Below, piece after piece: positions 26,346 through 36,548 of a DNA stretch of 64,000 nucleotides. The stretch spans positions 32,400 to 96,399 of the forward strand of contig JAUXUD010000004.1 in assembly GCA_030680835.1 (NCBI GenBank), in the 5' to 3' direction. Positions within the stretch are counted from its first letter, which is position 1; every line of letters starts with the position of its first letter. This DNA comes from Bacteroidota bacterium. GTDB taxonomy: Bacteria > Bacteroidota > Bacteroidia > UKL13-3. The translations under genes and the position numbers were made by a program. A model generated the notes under the pieces. That model worked only from the letters and a program-made list of their open reading frames with translations. It was not told the DNA's origin and did no database searches.

Positions 26346-29300
26346 ATGTTTAACCGGCTCGTAAAATATTTTCTTGAAAACAGGCTGATTACCTATATAC
26401 TCCTGACTTCATTTGTTGTTTTGGGATTGGTATTTATGCCTTTCGGCCTGAAATCGGATTTCCTCCCGCGTGACCCGATTGCTGTGGATGCCATTCCGGA
26501 TATAGGAGAAAACCAGCAAATCGTGGCTACCGAATGGATGGGACGTTCTCCCAAAGACATACAAGACCAGGTAACCTATCCTTTAACTACTGCACTTTTG
26601 GGGATTCCGGGTGTACAAACAGTGCGAAGTACATCCATGTTTGGCATGTCATTTATCTATATAATTTTCAAAGACAAGATTGATTTTTACTGGAGCCGTT
26701 CACGCATTCTTGAAAAACTCAATTCACTGCCAACCGGTACCTTACCTGCAGGGGTACAGCCTACTCTGGGACCGGATGCGACGGCACTCGGACAAATATA
26801 CTGGTATACCTTAGAAGGTCGTGACCCAAAAACCGGAAAACCCAATGGAGGCTGGAACCCGCAGGAATTGCGAACCATACAGGATTTTTATGTGAAATAC
26901 GGACTCACCACAGCCGAAGGGGTTTCGGAAGTGGCATCGGTAGGAGGATTTGTAAAAGAGTATCAGATTGACTTAAATCCGGAGGCTATGAAAGCATTCG
27001 GTGTATCGGTCATGGATGTGATGAATGCCGTACGCAAAAGCAATCTGGATATAGGGGCCGAAACCATGGAACTGAATAATGTGGAATATATTATACGGGG
27101 TCTGGGTTATGTTAAAAGTCTGGATGACCTTGAAATATCTGTAGTAGCTGTCCGGAATAATACACCGGTTCGCATTAAAGATGTTGCACATGTATCATTT
27201 GGTCCGGCAACACGCCGTGGTGGACTCGATAAAGCAGGTTCAGAAGCGGTAGGTGCTGTGGTAGTAGCGCGTTACGGTTCGAACCCCATGGAAGTAATCA
27301 ATAATGTAAAAGACAAAATAAAAGAAATTGAAGCCGGATTGCCACAAAAAACATTGCCTGATGGTTCTGTTTCTAAAGTTACGATAATCCCATTTTACGA
27401 TCGTACCGGTTTGATAAAAGAAACAATCGGTACGCTCGAATCAGCACTTACACATGAAATCCTCATCAGCATTATTGTCATCATCATATTGGTGGTAAAC
27501 CTGAAGGCATCGCTGATCGTAGCAGGACTGTTACCTATTGGGGTATTGATGACATTCATATTCATGCGCCTGTTTGGTATTGATGCAAATATTGTGGCAC
27601 TCTCGGGTATCGCTATTGCCATTGGGGTTATGGTTGATATTGGGATTGTAGATGTGGAGAACATACTGAGACACCTTGAAATGCCTGAAAACAAAGGCAT
27701 ACGCGGAAAGAAACTGCTTCAGGTAATATATCTTGCAACTACTGAAGTACGGGCTGCTGTGGTAACGGCTATTGCTACAACTATTGTAAGTTTCCTTCCT
27801 GTTTTTGCCATGCAGGCAGCGGAGGGAAAATTGTTTCATCCCCTTGCATTTACCAAAACTTTTGCCCTTTTATCCGCATTTGTACTTGGTATTGTGGTGC
27901 TGCCTACTTTAACACATCTCTTCTTTTCCATTCGTACAAATACCCGAAAGATTCGCAAAATATGGAACTGGGGTCTGATTACAGCAGGAATGTTATTTGT
28001 AATATTCTGGAATGCATGGCCTGCTTTGGCATTAACTTTAATTGGCATCAATAATTTATTGGATCATCGCTGGCCTGAACACAAAAAAGAATATCCAAAC
28101 TTTATCAATATCGCAATTACCGCACTGATTGCGGTATGGTATCTTACCATTGAATGGTTGCCATTGGGAGCCCATAACAGCGCTTTTTCAAGCTTTATTT
28201 TTGTGGGGGTAATCATTGCCCTTATTCTGATCCCACTGATGTTAATGGTGCATTATTATGAACTTATTATTCGCTGGGCGCTGGCAAACAAACGCAAATT
28301 TCTGATTATCCCGGCTGTTACTTTGTTTTTAGGTCTCCTGGCCTGGCAGGGTTTTGAAAACACATTCAGTTTTGCTGCAAACGGAATTGAAAAAGCGGGA
28401 TGGAAAAACTTCAGACAAACTACTTTTTGGCAGAAATCTGTGAAAGGTTTTCCGGGCACAGGTAAAGAATTCATGCCTTCACTAAATGAAGGTTCGTTTC
28501 TGCTTATGCCCACGAGTATGCCGCATTCAAGCATTGAAAAGAATTTGGAGTACATTGAAACACTTGATAAAAGACTCTCTGCAATTCCAGAGGTAGAAAT
28601 TGCAGTCGGTAAATGGGGCCGTGTGAATTCGGCACTCGACCCGGCTCCTGTTCAAATGTTTGAGAATACCATCAATTATCGTTCAGAATATATATTGAAC
28701 GAAAACGGACATCGCATGCAATTCAAAGTGGATGATAAAGGCGCTTATGTATTAAAAAACGGTTCAACATACAATTTTAAAAAAGAAGGATTCAGAGCCA
28801 TTGCATTAGATAGTTTAATACCTGTTGATAATGGAGAATATTTCAGGCAATGGCGACCAGAAATAAAAAGTCCTGATGATATCTGGAATGAAATAGTAAA
28901 AGTAACCAACATTCCGGGCTTAACTTCGGCACCCAAACTACAGCCTATCGAAACCCGCCTGGTGATGCTGTCAACAGGTATGCGTGCCCCAATGGGATTA
29001 AAGGTGTTTGGTCCGGATCTGAACGCCATTGAGTCGGCCGGAATGAAACTTGAACAGGCATTGAAAGATGTACCCTCCATCAAAGCATCAGCTGTATTTT
29101 ATGACCGGGCAGTAGGAGCACCTTATCTTGAAATTAAATTGAACCGGGAAGCCATGGCCAGATATGGAATGAGCGTAAGCGATGTGCAGGAAGTATTGCA
29201 GGTTGCGGTTGGGGGCATGGCCCTCTCTTCATCTGTTGAAGGCCGGGAACGCTTCCCTTTAAGGGTTCGTTATGCACGTGAATTGAGAGATAATCCCGAT

Positions 29301-30218
29301 GATCTCAAACGCATATTGATACCCGGAATGAATGGAGTTCAGGTTCCATTAGGAGAAATTGCAGCTATTGACTATACCCGTGGTGCGCAAATGATACGAA
29401 GTGAAAATACCTTCCTGAACGGATATGTTATTTTCGATAAAAACGAAGGAAAGGCCGAAGTGGATGTAGTAGAAGAAGCAACACAAATATTACAGGAGAA
29501 ATTAAGTTCAGGAACCCTTGTATTGCCTGCCGGGGTATCTTATAAATTTGCCGGCAATTACGAGCATCAACTCAGGGCAACCAAACGGCTGGCAATTGTA
29601 ATTCCCATAAGTTTACTGTTGATATTGCTGTTATTGTATTTTCAATTCAGAACGATTACTGCTTCATTCATTCATTTTTCAGGAGTTTTTGTGGCATTTG
29701 CCGGAGGTTTTATTATGATATGGTTGTATGGCCAGGATGGTTTTTTAAATTTTTCAGTTGCAGGTATCAACATGAGAGAATTATTTCAAATTCATACCAT
29801 TAATTTAAGTGTTGCGGTTTGGGTAGGTTTTATCGCACTGTTTGGCATTGCAACCAATGATGGAGTAATCATGGGTACATACATTCATCAGGTATTTGAA
29901 GAAAAACACCCATCAACCATAAAGGAAGTTAGAGAAGCCGTTGTGATTGCCGGTTTAAAACGGGTAAGACCCGCCATGATGACTTCTGCTGTAGCCGTAA
30001 TTGCTTTGTTGCCCATTTTATCATCTACAGGTAAAGGGGCCGATATTATGATCCCTATGGCCATACCCATGTTTGGAGGAATGGTGATTCAGGTAATGAC
30101 CGTTTTTGTGGTTCCATTATTTCAGGCCATGTGGAGAGAGGGAGCAGTAAACCGAAAAAATAATTCTGCAATTCAAACAATTAATAATGAGGAAAACAAT
30201 GAGATTACCGGTATATAA
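26346..30218 (+). CDS. cusA: Heavy-metal efflux RND permease (CusA/CzcA family) with extended periplasmic insertion
   Basis: 1290 aa with 12 TM RND topology and the GIDANIVALSGIAIAIGVMVD motif. An extra ~150-200 aa lies in the second periplasmic loop. Confidence 0.8.
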   Translation: MFNRLVKYFLENRLITYILLTSFVVLGLVFMPFGLKSDFLPRDPIAVDAIPDIGENQQIVATEWMGRSPKDIQDQVTYPLTTALLGIPGVQTVRSTSMFGMSFIYIIFKDKIDFYWSRSRILEKLNSLPTGTLPAGVQPTLGPDATALGQIYWYTLEGRDPKTGKPNGGWNPQELRTIQDFYVKYGLTTAEGVSEVASVGGFVKEYQIDLNPEAMKAFGVSVMDVMNAVRKSNLDIGAETMELNNVEYIIRGLGYVKSLDDLEISVVAVRNNTPVRIKDVAHVSFGPATRRGGLDKAGSEAVGAVVVARYGSNPMEVINNVKDKIKEIEAGLPQKTLPDGSVSKVTIIPFYDRTGLIKETIGTLESALTHEILISIIVIIILVVNLKASLIVAGLLPIGVLMTFIFMRLFGIDANIVALSGIAIAIGVMVDIGIVDVENILRHLEMPENKGIRGKKLLQVIYLATTEVRAAVVTAIATTIVSFLPVFAMQAAEGKLFHPLAFTKTFALLSAFVLGIVVLPTLTHLFFSIRTNTRKIRKIWNWGLITAGMLFVIFWNAWPALALTLIGINNLLDHRWPEHKKEYPNFINIAITALIAVWYLTIEWLPLGAHNSAFSSFIFVGVIIALILIPLMLMVHYYELIIRWALANKRKFLIIPAVTLFLGLLAWQGFENTFSFAANGIEKAGWKNFRQTTFWQKSVKGFPGTGKEFMPSLNEGSFLLMPTSMPHSSIEKNLEYIETLDKRLSAIPEVEIAVGKWGRVNSALDPAPVQMFENTINYRSEYILNENGHRMQFKVDDKGAYVLKNGSTYNFKKEGFRAIALDSLIPVDNGEYFRQWRPEIKSPDDIWNEIVKVTNIPGLTSAPKLQPIETRLVMLSTGMRAPMGLKVFGPDLNAIESAGMKLEQALKDVPSIKASAVFYDRAVGAPYLEIKLNREAMARYGMSVSDVQEVLQVAVGGMALSSSVEGRERFPLRVRYARELRDNPDDLKRILIPGMNGVQVPLGEIAAIDYTRGAQMIRSENTFLNGYVIFDKNEGKAEVDVVEEATQILQEKLSSGTLVLPAGVSYKFAGNYEHQLRATKRLAIVIPISLLLILLLLYFQFRTITASFIHFSGVFVAFAGGFIMIWLYGQDGFLNFSVAGINMRELFQIHTINLSVAVWVGFIALFGIATNDGVIMGTYIHQVFEEKHPSTIKEVREAVVIAGLKRVRPAMMTSAVAVIALLPILSSTGKGADIMIPMAIPMFGGMVIQVMTVFVVPLFQAMWREGAVNRKNNSAIQTINNEENNEITGI

Positions 30219-31641
30219 AAAAACAGTCCTTGCATTGATTGCAAATTGTTGCTGGTTCATTGCCGGCAGTCAGACGCAATCGGATTCACTTTTCAAATAC
30301 CTTGAAATTGCAGCTAAAAATAATCCAACCGTATTGCAACGATTTGATGAATACCGTGCTGCATTACAAAAAGTACCACAGGTGGGTAGTTTGCCCGACC
30401 CTCAGTTGAGTGTGGGTGTATTTTTACAACCGATGGAACTGATGGCCGGTTACCAGGATGCCAACATCACTTTAATGCAAATGTTTCCCTGGTTTGGGGT
30501 ATTGAAACTGGCAAAAGATGAAATGAGTCTGATGGCAAAAGCAAAATTCGAAACTTTCAGGGATGCAAAATTGCAGGTTTATTATGATGTACAACGTACC
30601 TGGTTTGAGTTGCATAAAGTGAAACAGAACATAAAGGTTTCAGAAAAAAATATTGAGATATTGAGAACCATTGAAAGATTGGCCATTGTTAAATATAAAT
30701 CGGTTCCAACAGGAAATCGTACTAGCGTAAATAACAATACAAGTACAATGGCCACCAACAATAATGCAAATTCCGGATCATCGGGGATGAGCAATATGGG
30801 TGGCAATTCCGGCAACAATTCCGGAACTGTTACCAATCAGGCATCGTCGCCAATGTCTGGAAACAGCATGGGTTCAATCTCAACCGGTTCTGGATTGTCG
30901 GATGTGTACCGGATTCAAATTGAAATCGGAGAACTTCAGAATAATATACAATTGTTAAAAAACCAATGGTCAAGTATTTCAGCCCGGTTTAACAGCTACC
31001 TGAACCGACCCCATCATGCGGTTGTTACGATTGGGGATACATTAATTGCAGATGATTTTAGTCAAGCACTTTTAACATTATCCGATAGTTCCTTAATGAA
31101 CAATCCGATGTTGGGCATGCTTCAATATGAGCAACAATCGCTGGAAGCCCGCAAAAAAATGGTGAATAAAATGGGGTTTCCCATGATTGGATTAGGTGTT
31201 AATTATATGCTGATCAGCAAAAGCGGAATGTCAACTTCACCCATGAACGGAAATGATATGATTATGCCTATGGTAACCGCAACTTTGCCTATTTATCGTA
31301 AAAAATACAGAGCCATGAATGATGAAGCTGAATTATTGAAATCGGCTACCGGGCAGAATTACCAGGCCACGGCCAATGCACTGCAATCAGAGTATTACCA
31401 GGCCACCCAATTATACATGGATGCAAATCGCAGGAGGGTACTTTATGCAGATCAATTTCAACTGGCATCAAAATCACTCAACATTATGTTAAAAAGTTAT
31501 GCTGCATCCGGATCGGACCTCACCGACATTCTCAGGGTTCAGCAACAAACACTTGATTACGAATACAAGCAGACTGAAGCCATTGCCGATACGAACACAG
31601 CTATTGCATGGCTCAACAGATTAATGGCATTAACTCAGTAA
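30187..31641 (+). CDS. TolC-family outer membrane efflux protein with an Asn/Ser/Gly-rich low-complexity insert
   Basis: 484 aa. Signal peptide, two TolC-like repeats, and a ~60 aa N/S/G-rich tract (NNNTSTMATNNNANSGSSGMSNMGGNSGNNSG...). Start overlaps the cusA end. Confidence 0.7.
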   Translation: MRKTMRLPVYKKTVLALIANCCWFIAGSQTQSDSLFKYLEIAAKNNPTVLQRFDEYRAALQKVPQVGSLPDPQLSVGVFLQPMELMAGYQDANITLMQMFPWFGVLKLAKDEMSLMAKAKFETFRDAKLQVYYDVQRTWFELHKVKQNIKVSEKNIEILRTIERLAIVKYKSVPTGNRTSVNNNTSTMATNNNANSGSSGMSNMGGNSGNNSGTVTNQASSPMSGNSMGSISTGSGLSDVYRIQIEIGELQNNIQLLKNQWSSISARFNSYLNRPHHAVVTIGDTLIADDFSQALLTLSDSSLMNNPMLGMLQYEQQSLEARKKMVNKMGFPMIGLGVNYMLISKSGMSTSPMNGNDMIMPMVTATLPIYRKKYRAMNDEAELLKSATGQNYQATANALQSEYYQATQLYMDANRRRVLYADQFQLASKSLNIMLKSYAASGSDLTDILRVQQQTLDYEYKQTEAIADTNTAIAWLNRLMALTQ

Positions 31642-31664
31642 AATAATTTGAAAAACAAACAGTA

Positions 31665-33371
31665 ATGAAAAAGATATTTTCCAACAAAATTTTTCTAACC
31701 AGTCTCATATTAATTATAGGTATTTTTATCGGCTGGTTATTCTTTCATTCACCAAACAAGATTGAAAACAAACCGGGTCAATCCGCAGAAACTGTCAGCG
31801 AAAGCATTTGGACCTGTTCCATGCATCCTCAGATAAGGATGCATGAAGCGGGTAAATGCCCTTTATGCGGAATGGATTTAATTACAGTCAGTCAGAGTGG
31901 TGGAGCTACATTGGATCCCGAATCTATTCATATGACAAAGGAAGCAGCTCAGTTGGCGAATGTGCTTACATCGGTTGTTTCAAAACAAAATCCGGTTAAG
32001 GAAATTCGTCTTTATGGTAAAGTTATGGCAGATGAAAGGCTGTTGCAAAGTCAGGTATCTTATTTACCCGGACGCATTGAAAAACTACTTATAAACTATA
32101 CAGGTGAAACTGTGAGAAGAGGACAAACCCTGGCCGTTATTTATTCACCAGATCTGGTAACGGCGCAACAGGAATTACTTGAAACCGCAAAGTCTAAACT
32201 CGTACAACCTGCATTATACGAAGCCACAAAGGATAAACTTCGTCAGTGGAAAATAAGTGAGAAACAGATTGCATCCATGGAGTATTCGGGCAAAGTAAAT
32301 ACCGATTTTGAAGTGTATGCAAACACAACAGGTATTGTAACCGCAAGACGTGTAAACAACGGAGACTATATTTCGCCGGGTACGGTGCTGTTTGAAGTAG
32401 CAGACCTTTCACGGGTGTGGGTTGTATTTGATGCATACGAAAGTGATCTTCAATTTTTGTCATTAAATCAAACCATATCCTTTACGGTTCAGGCAATACC
32501 CGGTATAAAATATACAGGTACTATTACCTTTATTGATCCGGTAATGAACACCACAACCCGTGTTGCAAGAGTTCGGGTAGAAATTGACAACAAAGACGCC
32601 AAATTAAAACCGGAAATGTTTGTTAATGGTATTGTGCGTGCGAACCTGACTGCATATAAAAACAAGCTGATTATTCCACGCACCGCAGTATTATGGACAG
32701 GAAAAAGATCGGTGGTATATGTAAAACAAAGCGGAAGCGATGAGCCGGTTTTTAAAATCAGAGAAATAGAACTCGGCACGCAGATGGGCAATAGTTATGT
32801 TGTGGAAAGTGGTTTAAATGAGGGTGAAGAAATAGTAACACAGGGTGCATTTAGTGTGGATGCTTCTGCACAGCTCGAAGGAAAGCCGAGCATGATGAAT
32901 CAACAAAGTGAACAGGTTGTTTTACCCGGAATGGAAATGCAACTGAGCACATTATTTAACGAATATATTAAATTAAAAAATGCATTTGTGCAAAGTGATG
33001 TAAAGAAAATAAAGCAAGCGGCAATGGAATTTCAACCCGCACTTGCAAAAATAGATTTGAAACTTCTTAGCGGGGAAACCCATACAAAATGGTTTGAAAT
33101 TTCGGGAAGTATGGACAAACAAGTCAAAAGGATTATATCTTCGGATAATTTAGAAGAACAGCGAAAAGCATTTTCGGATTTCAGTGATTTGTTTTACAAA
33201 TCTGTAAAGGAATTTGGCTTAAAGGAAGGCACTGCTTATTATCAATATTGCCCGATGGCTGATAACGATAAAGGAGCCTATTGGCTCAGTGAAACAAAGA
33301 CAATCCGCAATCCTTACTTTGGTTCAAAAATGATGAATTGCGGGGAGACGAAAGAAACTTTGAAGTATTAA
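31665..33371 (+). CDS. cusB: Efflux RND periplasmic adaptor (CusB-like) with N-terminal metal-binding CxxC pair and a C-terminal DUF3347-like extension
   Basis: 568 aa. WTCSMHPQIRMHEAGKCPLCGMDL, then a membrane-fusion-protein core and C-terminal YYQYCPMADNDKGAYWLS. Confidence 0.75.
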   Translation: MKKIFSNKIFLTSLILIIGIFIGWLFFHSPNKIENKPGQSAETVSESIWTCSMHPQIRMHEAGKCPLCGMDLITVSQSGGATLDPESIHMTKEAAQLANVLTSVVSKQNPVKEIRLYGKVMADERLLQSQVSYLPGRIEKLLINYTGETVRRGQTLAVIYSPDLVTAQQELLETAKSKLVQPALYEATKDKLRQWKISEKQIASMEYSGKVNTDFEVYANTTGIVTARRVNNGDYISPGTVLFEVADLSRVWVVFDAYESDLQFLSLNQTISFTVQAIPGIKYTGTITFIDPVMNTTTRVARVRVEIDNKDAKLKPEMFVNGIVRANLTAYKNKLIIPRTAVLWTGKRSVVYVKQSGSDEPVFKIREIELGTQMGNSYVVESGLNEGEEIVTQGAFSVDASAQLEGKPSMMNQQSEQVVLPGMEMQLSTLFNEYIKLKNAFVQSDVKKIKQAAMEFQPALAKIDLKLLSGETHTKWFEISGSMDKQVKRIISSDNLEEQRKAFSDFSDLFYKSVKEFGLKEGTAYYQYCPMADNDKGAYWLSETKTIRNPYFGSKMMNCGETKETLKY

Positions 33372-33438
33372 TTTTTTTAATGCTTGTGCTTTCATTAAAA
33401 TTTGTCGGTTATTTTTTTAAGTTCACCCGGGCTTTTAT

Positions 33439-34128
33439 TTATGGTGACAATCTTTGTTTGGTCCAACTATGATCTTTTTCAAGATTGTACTGAATCCGGT
33501 CGTGCAGTCTGCTGGCCCTGCCTTGCCAGAATTCTATACAAACCGGAACCAAGCGATATCCTCCCCAATTGTCGGGTCTGGTAACTGCTTTCCCTTCAAA
33601 TCTTTTTTCTATTTCATCCACTTTCTGTTCCAGTTCTGTTCTGTCGCTAATGGGTTTACTTTGAGCCGAAACCCAGGCACCAATTTGACTTCCTCTGGGT
33701 CTGCTGTTAAAATAGTCATCTGATTCTTTAGTAGAAATTATTTCGACAGTCCCTTCAATTCTAACTTGTTTAAAGAGTCCGAGCCACAAAAAGGTCATCA
33801 CCGCAAACTTATTTTCGGCCAGTTCATTTGCTTTTCTGCTGGTATAGTTTGTAAAAAAAGTAAATCCCCTTTCATCAAATCCTTTTAAAAGCATAATCCT
33901 GCCAGATGGCTTTCCGTAGGGCGTTGCAGTTGACAGATGCATAACATTCGGTTCAATGAGTTTATTGTCAACCGCTTCATTAAACCAATCTTCAAACTGG
34001 TCAATGGGATTGCTTTTTAAGGAAGCTTCATCGATGCCATTTGAGATATATTCGTTTCTGAAATTAGAAACCAGTTGCCGTAAGGATTTTTTCTGAAAAA
34101 GATTAATGGTACTTTCTAAAAATTTCAT
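33439..34128 (-). CDS. pdxH: Pyridoxamine 5'-phosphate oxidase
   Basis: 229 aa with PdxH family blocks (MLLKGFDERGFTFFTNYTSRKA; RIEG; WGGYRL). Confidence 0.8.
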   Translation of the reverse strand: MKFLESTINLFQKKSLRQLVSNFRNEYISNGIDEASLKSNPIDQFEDWFNEAVDNKLIEPNVMHLSTATPYGKPSGRIMLLKGFDERGFTFFTNYTSRKANELAENKFAVMTFLWLGLFKQVRIEGTVEIISTKESDDYFNSRPRGSQIGAWVSAQSKPISDRTELEQKVDEIEKRFEGKAVTRPDNWGGYRLVPVCIEFWQGRASRLHDRIQYNLEKDHSWTKQRLSP

Positions 34129-34232
34129 TTGGTCACAAATGTAATAAGTTGCTTAAATAATTTTAAATTTATTGAAAAATAGATTTAAATGCTGGGAATT
34201 TCATTAAACAGTTCACCATTGTGAATTAGAAT

Positions 34233-34862
34233 TTATGTTTGGGGATAAAATGTTACATTGCCGGTAGCGAGTTCATGTAAACCGCCAACAATTCCGATGG
34301 TTCCGTTTTCAATCATTTCTTTTAATATGGGACTGCGTTCTGTAATGGCTTTAATAGTGCGTTTTACATTGATGATGGTTACATTTTCTACAAATTCGTC
34401 ATTGCCTGAATTGCGGTTTTCGGTTGTAAGGGTTTCGTCGTCTACGGCTGGTCTTATTTTGGTAAGCAATGCAGTGAGGTTGCCCATCTCTATATGATCG
34501 CAAGCCCCTTTTACTGCACCACATTTGGTATGTCCCAATACAACAATGATTTTAGCTCCTGCTACTTTGCATCCAAATTCCATGCTGCCTAAAATATCTT
34601 CATTGATGATGTTTCCTGCAATACGGATACTGAGCACATCACCCAGTCCCTGGTCAAAAATCAGTTCGGCAGATGTTCTGCTGTCAATGCAGCTGAGAAT
34701 CACTGCAAAGGGATGTTGCCCGTCGGAGGTTTCGTTTGCCTGTTGCAAAAGGTTGCGGTTTAATTTCAGGTTGTCTATAAACCTTTTATTCCCTACTTTT
34801 AACAGTTCTAATGCCATTGATGGGGTAATAGCAGCCTGCATTTCTTTTGTTAATGTTTTCAT
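34233..34862 (-). CDS. Beta-class carbonic anhydrase
   Basis: SCIDSR and HTKCGAV zinc-ligand motifs. 209 aa. Confidence 0.8.
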   Translation of the reverse strand: MKTLTKEMQAAITPSMALELLKVGNKRFIDNLKLNRNLLQQANETSDGQHPFAVILSCIDSRTSAELIFDQGLGDVLSIRIAGNIINEDILGSMEFGCKVAGAKIIVVLGHTKCGAVKGACDHIEMGNLTALLTKIRPAVDDETLTTENRNSGNDEFVENVTIINVKRTIKAITERSPILKEMIENGTIGIVGGLHELATGNVTFYPQT

Positions 34863-34894
34863 TTTCTATTTGCGTTTTTTTAATTGGTTTTGTA

Positions 34895-36448
34895 TTAAGC
34901 GGGTTCTATAAAATTTATTTTCTCAACGATGATATTTTTGGTTTTAGCATGAACCTCATAATCTTTTATCAGTTCTACCACATCATAAGCAATTGATTTT
35001 GATTTGGCACAATCAATAATCACTTTCGAATGGGCCGGAATACTTTCAAGGGCTTTTATTACACTGGCTTTATTGAAAAATGAAACTTCTTCTGCCAATA
35101 CAAGGTGGTGAACCTCGTGCCCTTCTTCTGTAGTAACCACGTCTTTCATATGATGCGAATTGCGATAGCTGTGACGTAATGTATAGAAGAGTCCCAAAAT
35201 TAATCCGATTCCAATTCCCATTAACAGATCGGTTGCTAAAATAGCTACAACAGTAGCAGTAAAAGGTACAAACTGCTCCCAACCCAATTTATACATCTGT
35301 TTAAAAAGTGAAGGCTTTGCTAATTTGTAGCCTACCATCAATAAAATGGCTGCTAAACTTGCCAAAGGTATTCTATTCAATACACTTGCAATTGTTAAAG
35401 CACTCAGCAGTAGAAAAAATCCATGTAAAATAGCTGACATTTTTGTTTTCCCTCCAAATGAAATGTTAGCAGAACTTCTTACAATAACCTGAGTAACGGG
35501 TAATCCACCTATTAAACCAGAAATCACATTACCCAATCCTTGAGCTTTTAATTCCCTGTTTGTAGGAGTAATTCTTTTGTCAGGATCCATTTTATCGGTG
35601 GCTTCAACACATAACAAAGTTTCTAAACTGGCAACTATGGCCAATACAACTGCTATTTTCCAGACTTCAAAATTTGTTATGGCAGAAAAATCGGGAAAAG
35701 TAAACTGACTGAAAAAACCTTTTATGTCTTCAGGAACAGGAATTCTCACCACCTGATCGGCAGCCAAACTGAAATTGATAATACCGTTTTGATAAAAGAA
35801 ATTCATTACAATGCCAAGGACTACCACAACAAGCGGCCCATTTATCATACCAAAAATTTTATGTTTTTTCATCAATACATTGTCCCATAAAATTAAAAGT
35901 GCCAAAGAGATCATTGCGATAAATAAGGCCCCCGGTGTGAGGAAGTCAATCGCTTTTTTAATTTCAGAAAGTGTATTTTGTCCGTCTACTTGTAAAAATG
36001 CTACCTCTCCGAAAGCACCTTTGTTCCAGCCCAAAGCGTGAGGAATTTGTTTTAAAATGATTAATAGTCCGATGCCGGTTAGCATTCCTTTAATTACCGA
36101 GGAAGGAAAGAAGTACGCAATGAAACCTGCTTTAGAATAGCCTAAAAGGAGCTGAATAATCCCTGCAAGAACAACAGATGTAAGAAACGCTTCCCAGGAA
36201 CCACCGAGTGTGGCAATGGAACTTAAAACAATAACAGCCAAACCTGCTGCAGGTCCGCTTACACCCAGTGGAGAACCACTGGCAACACCTACTACCATGC
36301 CTCCAACAATGCCCGCAATAATTCCGGCAAACAAAGGCGCGCCCGATGCGAGGGCAATTCCCAGACATAAAGGCACTGCCACAAAAAAAACGACGATACT
36401 CGCGGGTAAGTCGTGCTTTAATTCTTTGAATAGTTTGTTCAACTCCAT
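34895..36448 (-). CDS. SulP family anion transporter with C-terminal STAS domain (probable bicarbonate/sulfate transporter)
   Basis: 517 aa. A polytopic SulP core followed by a STAS domain. Co-directional and adjacent to the beta-carbonic anhydrase. Confidence 0.75.
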   Translation of the reverse strand: MELNKLFKELKHDLPASIVVFFVAVPLCLGIALASGAPLFAGIIAGIVGGMVVGVASGSPLGVSGPAAGLAVIVLSSIATLGGSWEAFLTSVVLAGIIQLLLGYSKAGFIAYFFPSSVIKGMLTGIGLLIILKQIPHALGWNKGAFGEVAFLQVDGQNTLSEIKKAIDFLTPGALFIAMISLALLILWDNVLMKKHKIFGMINGPLVVVVLGIVMNFFYQNGIINFSLAADQVVRIPVPEDIKGFFSQFTFPDFSAITNFEVWKIAVVLAIVASLETLLCVEATDKMDPDKRITPTNRELKAQGLGNVISGLIGGLPVTQVIVRSSANISFGGKTKMSAILHGFFLLLSALTIASVLNRIPLASLAAILLMVGYKLAKPSLFKQMYKLGWEQFVPFTATVVAILATDLLMGIGIGLILGLFYTLRHSYRNSHHMKDVVTTEEGHEVHHLVLAEEVSFFNKASVIKALESIPAHSKVIIDCAKSKSIAYDVVELIKDYEVHAKTKNIIVEKINFIEPA

Positions 36449-36473
36449 GTTGTTATTTTTTGGTTAACGGGGG

Positions 36474-36548
36474 CAAAGATAGTAATAGTTTTTTAAATAA
36501 TAGTAATACTATTATAAATAATTGTAAAATTATTTTTCCTATCTTTGT
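36474..36548. promoter_or_regulatory. Operator-like inverted repeat CAAAGATAG...CTATCTTTG with internal near-palindrome aatagtaatactatt, in a divergent promoter region
   Basis: Lies between the SulP start (36448, minus) and the TetR-family gene start (36545, plus). Confidence 0.5.

Noticed and set aside
27250-27300. tRNA-like GGTTCGAACCCC motif
   Set aside because: It lies inside the cusA reading frame with no acceptor/anticodon arm structure around it.
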